A DNA stretch of 64,000 bases, taken from contig CM097886.1 of the NCBI GenBank assembly GCA_044892525.1, forward strand, positions 43,524,001-43,588,000, read 5' to 3'. Below, piece after piece: positions 59,373-64,000 of the stretch. The position numbers and the translations under genes were made by a program. Below the pieces are notes generated by a model, which worked only from the letters and a program-made list of their open reading frames with translations, was not told the DNA's origin and did no database searches. The stretch comes from Schmidtea polychroa. Lineage: Eukaryota. Position 1 is the first letter of the stretch; each line of letters opens with the position of its first letter.

Positions 59373-61471
59373 GTAAATAATAATTTTTAAAAAATAAGTT
59401 TATTAAATAAATTTTAAGAGCCATGTTCCGAGAACAGTCGATGCCAATTTCGTGATTGCAAAATTCATGATAATATGGTTACATGTCGGTAGNNNNNNNN
59501 NNNNNNNNNNNNNNNNNNNNNNNNNNNNNNNNNNNNNNNNNNNNNNNNNNNNNNNNNNNNNNNNNNNNNNNNNNNNNNNNNNNNNNNNNNNNNNNNNNNN
59601 NNNNNNNNNNNNNNNNNNNNNNNNNNNNNNNNNNATTTGATTTCAGATATATTAGGGAAAATATTATAAAGAATATCAAGATGACAGACATGCTTCAAGC
59701 TAAATGTTTTCCATTTCATAATTAAAATGTTAATTATACGATAATAAATTCTTAAATTATAACTATTTCATAAAACTTCTTTAACAAAAAAAGTTTTTTG
59801 TTATTTTGGATTTGTACTGAGCAAAGAAATTCATAAGTGACTTATCAGAATTTGAGGATTCGAGTAAATAAGTGCGCATATTAAAAAGTTAAAATATAAA
59901 AAATATGAGTTAAAGTTTTCCATGCTCAAGTAGTATTGCAATTTTATTATTTCTGGTCTTTATAAGTGTTTTTTGCTTATTTGTAAGTCAATTATTATTT
60001 TATGTCACATCAACTAATAATGGTTCTTTGGTACAGAATATTTTACAATTGAAATGATATAAAATGTGTATTACAAGCCTTTCTTAAGGTTTTACCCTAG
60101 TGTTTTATCACATTAAATGTTACTCGAGCAATTCATGAGAAAAAAACAACCGAAACTATATTTAGTGACAACCTAATAAAAATAAATAAATTTAAATTAT
60201 TTTGGAGATTTATTGGAATCTGGGTTCTCTATATAGCTTGAAATTTTGAATGGTACTTTTTAATTTGCTTTCACCGAAAAAATTTTTCAAATAACATATC
60301 AAAGTAATTTCATTAAATTTTCATATTCTAACTTTTTAAATTAGGATGCGTTGCGAGATTTCAAAATTAAGTTCATCCCAGATGACGAGAAAATCATGCC
60401 CAACAATAGAAAGTCCAAAAAAAATTTGTACTTAATTCCTTATTTTATAAATATTATTAAGATTTTAGATTGCCTCCAGAAATATCAAATCATTTTCGCA
60501 TTAATACTGATTGCACTGATATTATTCATAATATTNNNNNNNNNNNNNNNNNNNNNNNNNNNNNNNNNNNNNNNNNNNNNNNNNNNNNNNNNNNNNNNNN
60601 NNNNNNNNNNNNNNNNNNNNNNNNNNNNNNNNNNNNNNNNNNNNNNNNNNNNNNNNNNNNNNNNNNNNNNNNNNNNNNNNNNNNATTTAGTTTCAGAGCG
60701 AAAATAAATTTAAAAATAAATACTCATCAAGATATGACCAGAAAAGGATTTAAAGTAAATTAATTTGTTTGGTAATAAAAATAATAAAAATAAAAAAATC
60801 ATTAATAATTAGCGACGGCACAAAGTACAAACAAACCCTGAGGCTGAAAGAGCCGTTAAAATATTGGAGGTTAATTGAGGGGAGCAACATCCAAAATTTA
60901 CAGAATCACGTCTAAAATTTTGTGATAATGTGAAAATGTGCTATGAGGGATAAAATGAAAAACTGTAAAAATTTTATTATTGAGTTTTAATTCAGAAAAT
61001 AAAAAATATTTTTAAATTATGTTTTTTAATGAACTTAATGAAGTGAATCTTTTCACATATTCAATTTTCACAGTCTGTGGTTTTCTATTTCTTTATGTTG
61101 ATTTTTATTTAATTATTCGGTTTATGAGTTTTAAAAATTATTATTTCTCATGAATATAAACAAATAATAAATACAATTTATATAATTTATTATTTTCAAT
61201 AATCCAAACAAAAACCAAACTTTATTATTATTTACAAATTCACAAAATATGTTCTTAATATTTATATATTAATATAAATTGAAAAGATTTTGTTTAGAAT
61301 TTCATTTATCTTATTTAGATTTTGACTATAGATCAAGGGTTGTTAACCTTTTATATTTCATACCTCCTCTAAATGTGAATTTTTTGTTCCAACTTCATAT
61401 CTATTCTTAAAATAAGAGCAAATCAAATTATAGTTAACTAATATTATTTTATTCTTTGAAAATTTCATTTT

Positions 61472-61476
<5 letters not shown>

Positions 61477-61538
<62 letters not shown>
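61477..61538. repeat. (TA)n microsatellite
   Basis: About 30 perfect TA units; similar runs occur at 20241-20270, 21475-21552 and 56281-56312. Confidence 0.95.
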
Positions 61539-61542
<4 letters not shown>

Positions 61543-63611
61543 TCGTATAAATTATAATAGTTATATTTCCCTTTGGAGAGGACCCACTCACTGGTTAAGA
61601 ATCCCAGCTTTAGATTAATCTTTTTTATCTATTGCTTGAAAATGTTTGTGTTGACAATTTATGTTAAATAGAAAAAACATTATTTATAGTTAGAATTTAA
61701 ATAAATGAAATTATAAATGAAAAAAAGAATCCATCAGAGATGAACAAAAGGAAATAAGTTTACTGATGAAAAGATTATTGTATTTTGTTTTACAAAATAT
61801 CGGTTGATCTACACAAGAATTTCAATCTTAACCAAAAATACCAAAAGCTATTATACATTTTAAAAGTGAAAACATGATCTCAAAAAATCTCAGGGATTTA
61901 AGAGAAGAAAGTTTCATGTTAATTCATGGGAAAACAAAACACTAAATGTAAGGGGAAAGCGTAAAATGTAATTTATACATATATAATTTATACATATCAT
62001 TAAGCTCCCAACATTTCAACTCGACAATGAAGAAGTTTTCAAAGATCTTCCAACCGATGTACTGTTTAATTGTTCGAGTAGAGTGAAAGCGATCAGCGGT
62101 CCGGAAAAATCTCAATTCATCGAAACACCGAAAGAAGATTTGACTTGCTACAGAATTTATGAAAGAAATGGCAAATCCGAAGAACCATTAATGGTCAATG
62201 GTTATTGCTATTTGTCAAACAATCTGAAATAAATAACAAGTTGATCCATTTGTACTTCATCTCAATTAACTATAATAATTAACATTAAATAAATGGACAT
62301 GAATTTTTATGGAAATTATAAATTTTTGTTTATAATAAATAAATTATATAAAAAAGTTTTCAGACATTCGAATTTTAGATTTTCATTGACGAGGTCTGAT
62401 TCACATTTGTTCAATTACATATTTGAATCCATTACAATATTGGTAATTGAGCCGTTTGTACTTCATTTTATAACATATTTTCTTCATTAGACATTGCGTC
62501 GGTATTCATTTCCGTTTTCGAATTATGAGAAAATATATAAAAAGCTATCCAATATTTCTTAATGAAATCTAATATAAGCAGATAAGTTGAATGTCATACT
62601 CACGTGACAGTTATTGTATTTTGATAGAAAATACACCAGTACGAAACTTATTTAAAGTTAATTTAGAATTTTTATGGATTGGATAGAACCAGATATGTTT
62701 AGAATTTGTCACGTGGTTCTGATAGCATGTCACTAATAAGCATCTGTGTGCTCGGGATGTGTACACATTATATTCATGAGTAGTGTGTATATATACCCAA
62801 CCCAAACAGCCCTCCCAACAAAAACATACCTCCATTACGCTTAAACCATTAGAAAAACAACATAAAACCTATGTTTTTATAGTATTTTAACCCCATATTT
62901 TAAACAACAACCACCCTTAATCTTTAAAGCCTCAAACTCAAAAGCTTCAAACTAAAAAGAGAATAGAAAAGAAAATGGCATTATGAAAAAGTTAGAGGGC
63001 TATTTGGGATAGGGCTATATACACACTACTTTTGATCGCAATCAAACTCCGGAGTTGATCTTTATTAGATTATAAAATAAATGAAAAATAGTAAAACTGC
63101 TCTGAGGGGACAGTGGTATTTTTTTTTTTTTTTTTTCACTCTCTCCTCAACAGTTTTTTTGATCCGGATCATTTCAACCTCTTTCGTTTATCAAATCTCT
63201 TCTAATATACAAGCTGGCCAGACTCATACATCAGAATCAATCCGATAATAGCAGCACACCTTATTATTCGCTTCTCGCTCGAATACGATTTCATCGGCGT
63301 TTTAAGCGTGCTGCTCGAAAGTACAAATGAATTCGAAAGTGAATCCGAAAGAGGTCCGAAAACAACTGAGAAATAAATGTGCACATTAAAGAATCGATCC
63401 GGGGGTGTTCGAAAGACAGGTGGCGATAATTACCGGTTCGCCACCATCACCCGTTTCAATAATTTTTTTTTCATATTTATCTTTAAAAATAAAATAATTA
63501 ATAAAATAAATAAAATAAATAAAATAAAATAAAAATAAATAAAATATACAACTACTTTATAAATCTAAGATACCCACACTATTATTTTCAAATTTTTAAA
63601 AAAAAAAAAAA

Positions 63612-63684
63612 CTAACCACAGTTAGGATTTGAACCGCTATCCATTTAAACCACGGTGTCGGTCTAGCCCACTGCGCTATCGGGC
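63612..63684 (-). other. tRNA-derived sequence (SINE head or tRNA pseudogene)
   Basis: A-box-like TAGCGCAGTGG and B-box GGTTCAAATCC at tRNA spacing, followed by a T-run. Acceptor and T stems pair poorly, so it is not called as a functional tRNA. Confidence 0.45.
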
Positions 63685-64000
63685 TTTGGATTTTTGTCAT
63701 TTTTTATACTGTCACATTATGAAAATAAATATAAAAACATAAAAAATCAAAACAGGATATCCAATAAAAAAATTTTTTCTAAAAATGAATTGTAATATTT
63801 GTAATAAAGTTTTTAAAAATAAAACTGGATTGATTTCTCACTTAAAATCGAAAGCTCATTTATTAAAAGATAACAATCTTAATGATACAAATTCAAAAGT
63901 TTGTCCGAAATGTAAAGGAAGATTTCTACATTCTGGATATAATAAACATTTTGAAAATTGTATCGGGAAAAATAGAGAAATATTTACATGTTCTCACTGT

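Noticed and set aside
37988-60763. ORFs containing X runs near 38.1, 39.7, 55.2, 59.5 and 60.5 kb
   Set aside because: They are open only because they cross N gaps (about 38102-38243, 39728-39930, 55236-55412, 59493-59634, 60536-60684).
63612-63684. Functional tRNA gene
   Set aside because: Acceptor, anticodon and T stems do not pair properly.
1-64000. CRISPR arrays, rRNA genes, prokaryotic operons
   Set aside because: No regularly spaced repeat-spacer units or rRNA signatures; spliceosomal introns show the DNA is eukaryotic.

Overview
AT-rich eukaryotic (probably invertebrate animal) scaffold with five N-gaps; the species cannot be determined from the sequence. Host genes: intronless cactin (-), 4-exon EAPP (-), a small secreted cysteine-periodic protein (+), and scattered exons of an Ig I-set domain gene (+) whose long introns hold DNA-transposon debris (hAT, Tigger/pogo, MITEs). 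Two full-length Ty3/Gypsy-type LTR retrotransposons with unusual cargo dominate the window. Element A (7943-16528, - strand; 1234-bp LTRs, CTCGG TSD, tRNA-Leu PBS) has an extra ORF that starts inside the LTR, and a Gag preceded by a hydrophobic segment and a 76-aa ubiquitin-like domain ending in Gly-Gly. Element B (20876-35997, + strand, 15.1 kb; CTAA TSD, tRNA-Trp-type PBS) is decayed. It encodes a four-knuckle Gag with an internal ubiquitin-like domain and a chuvirus/gB-like glycoprotein placed before, and in frame with, the protease. It also has a second signal-peptide/FN3-like/TM module fused behind the integrase and a 3' accessory ORF with a REX4/ISG20-like exonuclease fold. A related solo LTR lies next to B. 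All domain assignments are by-eye motif recognition and need HMM or structure confirmation.
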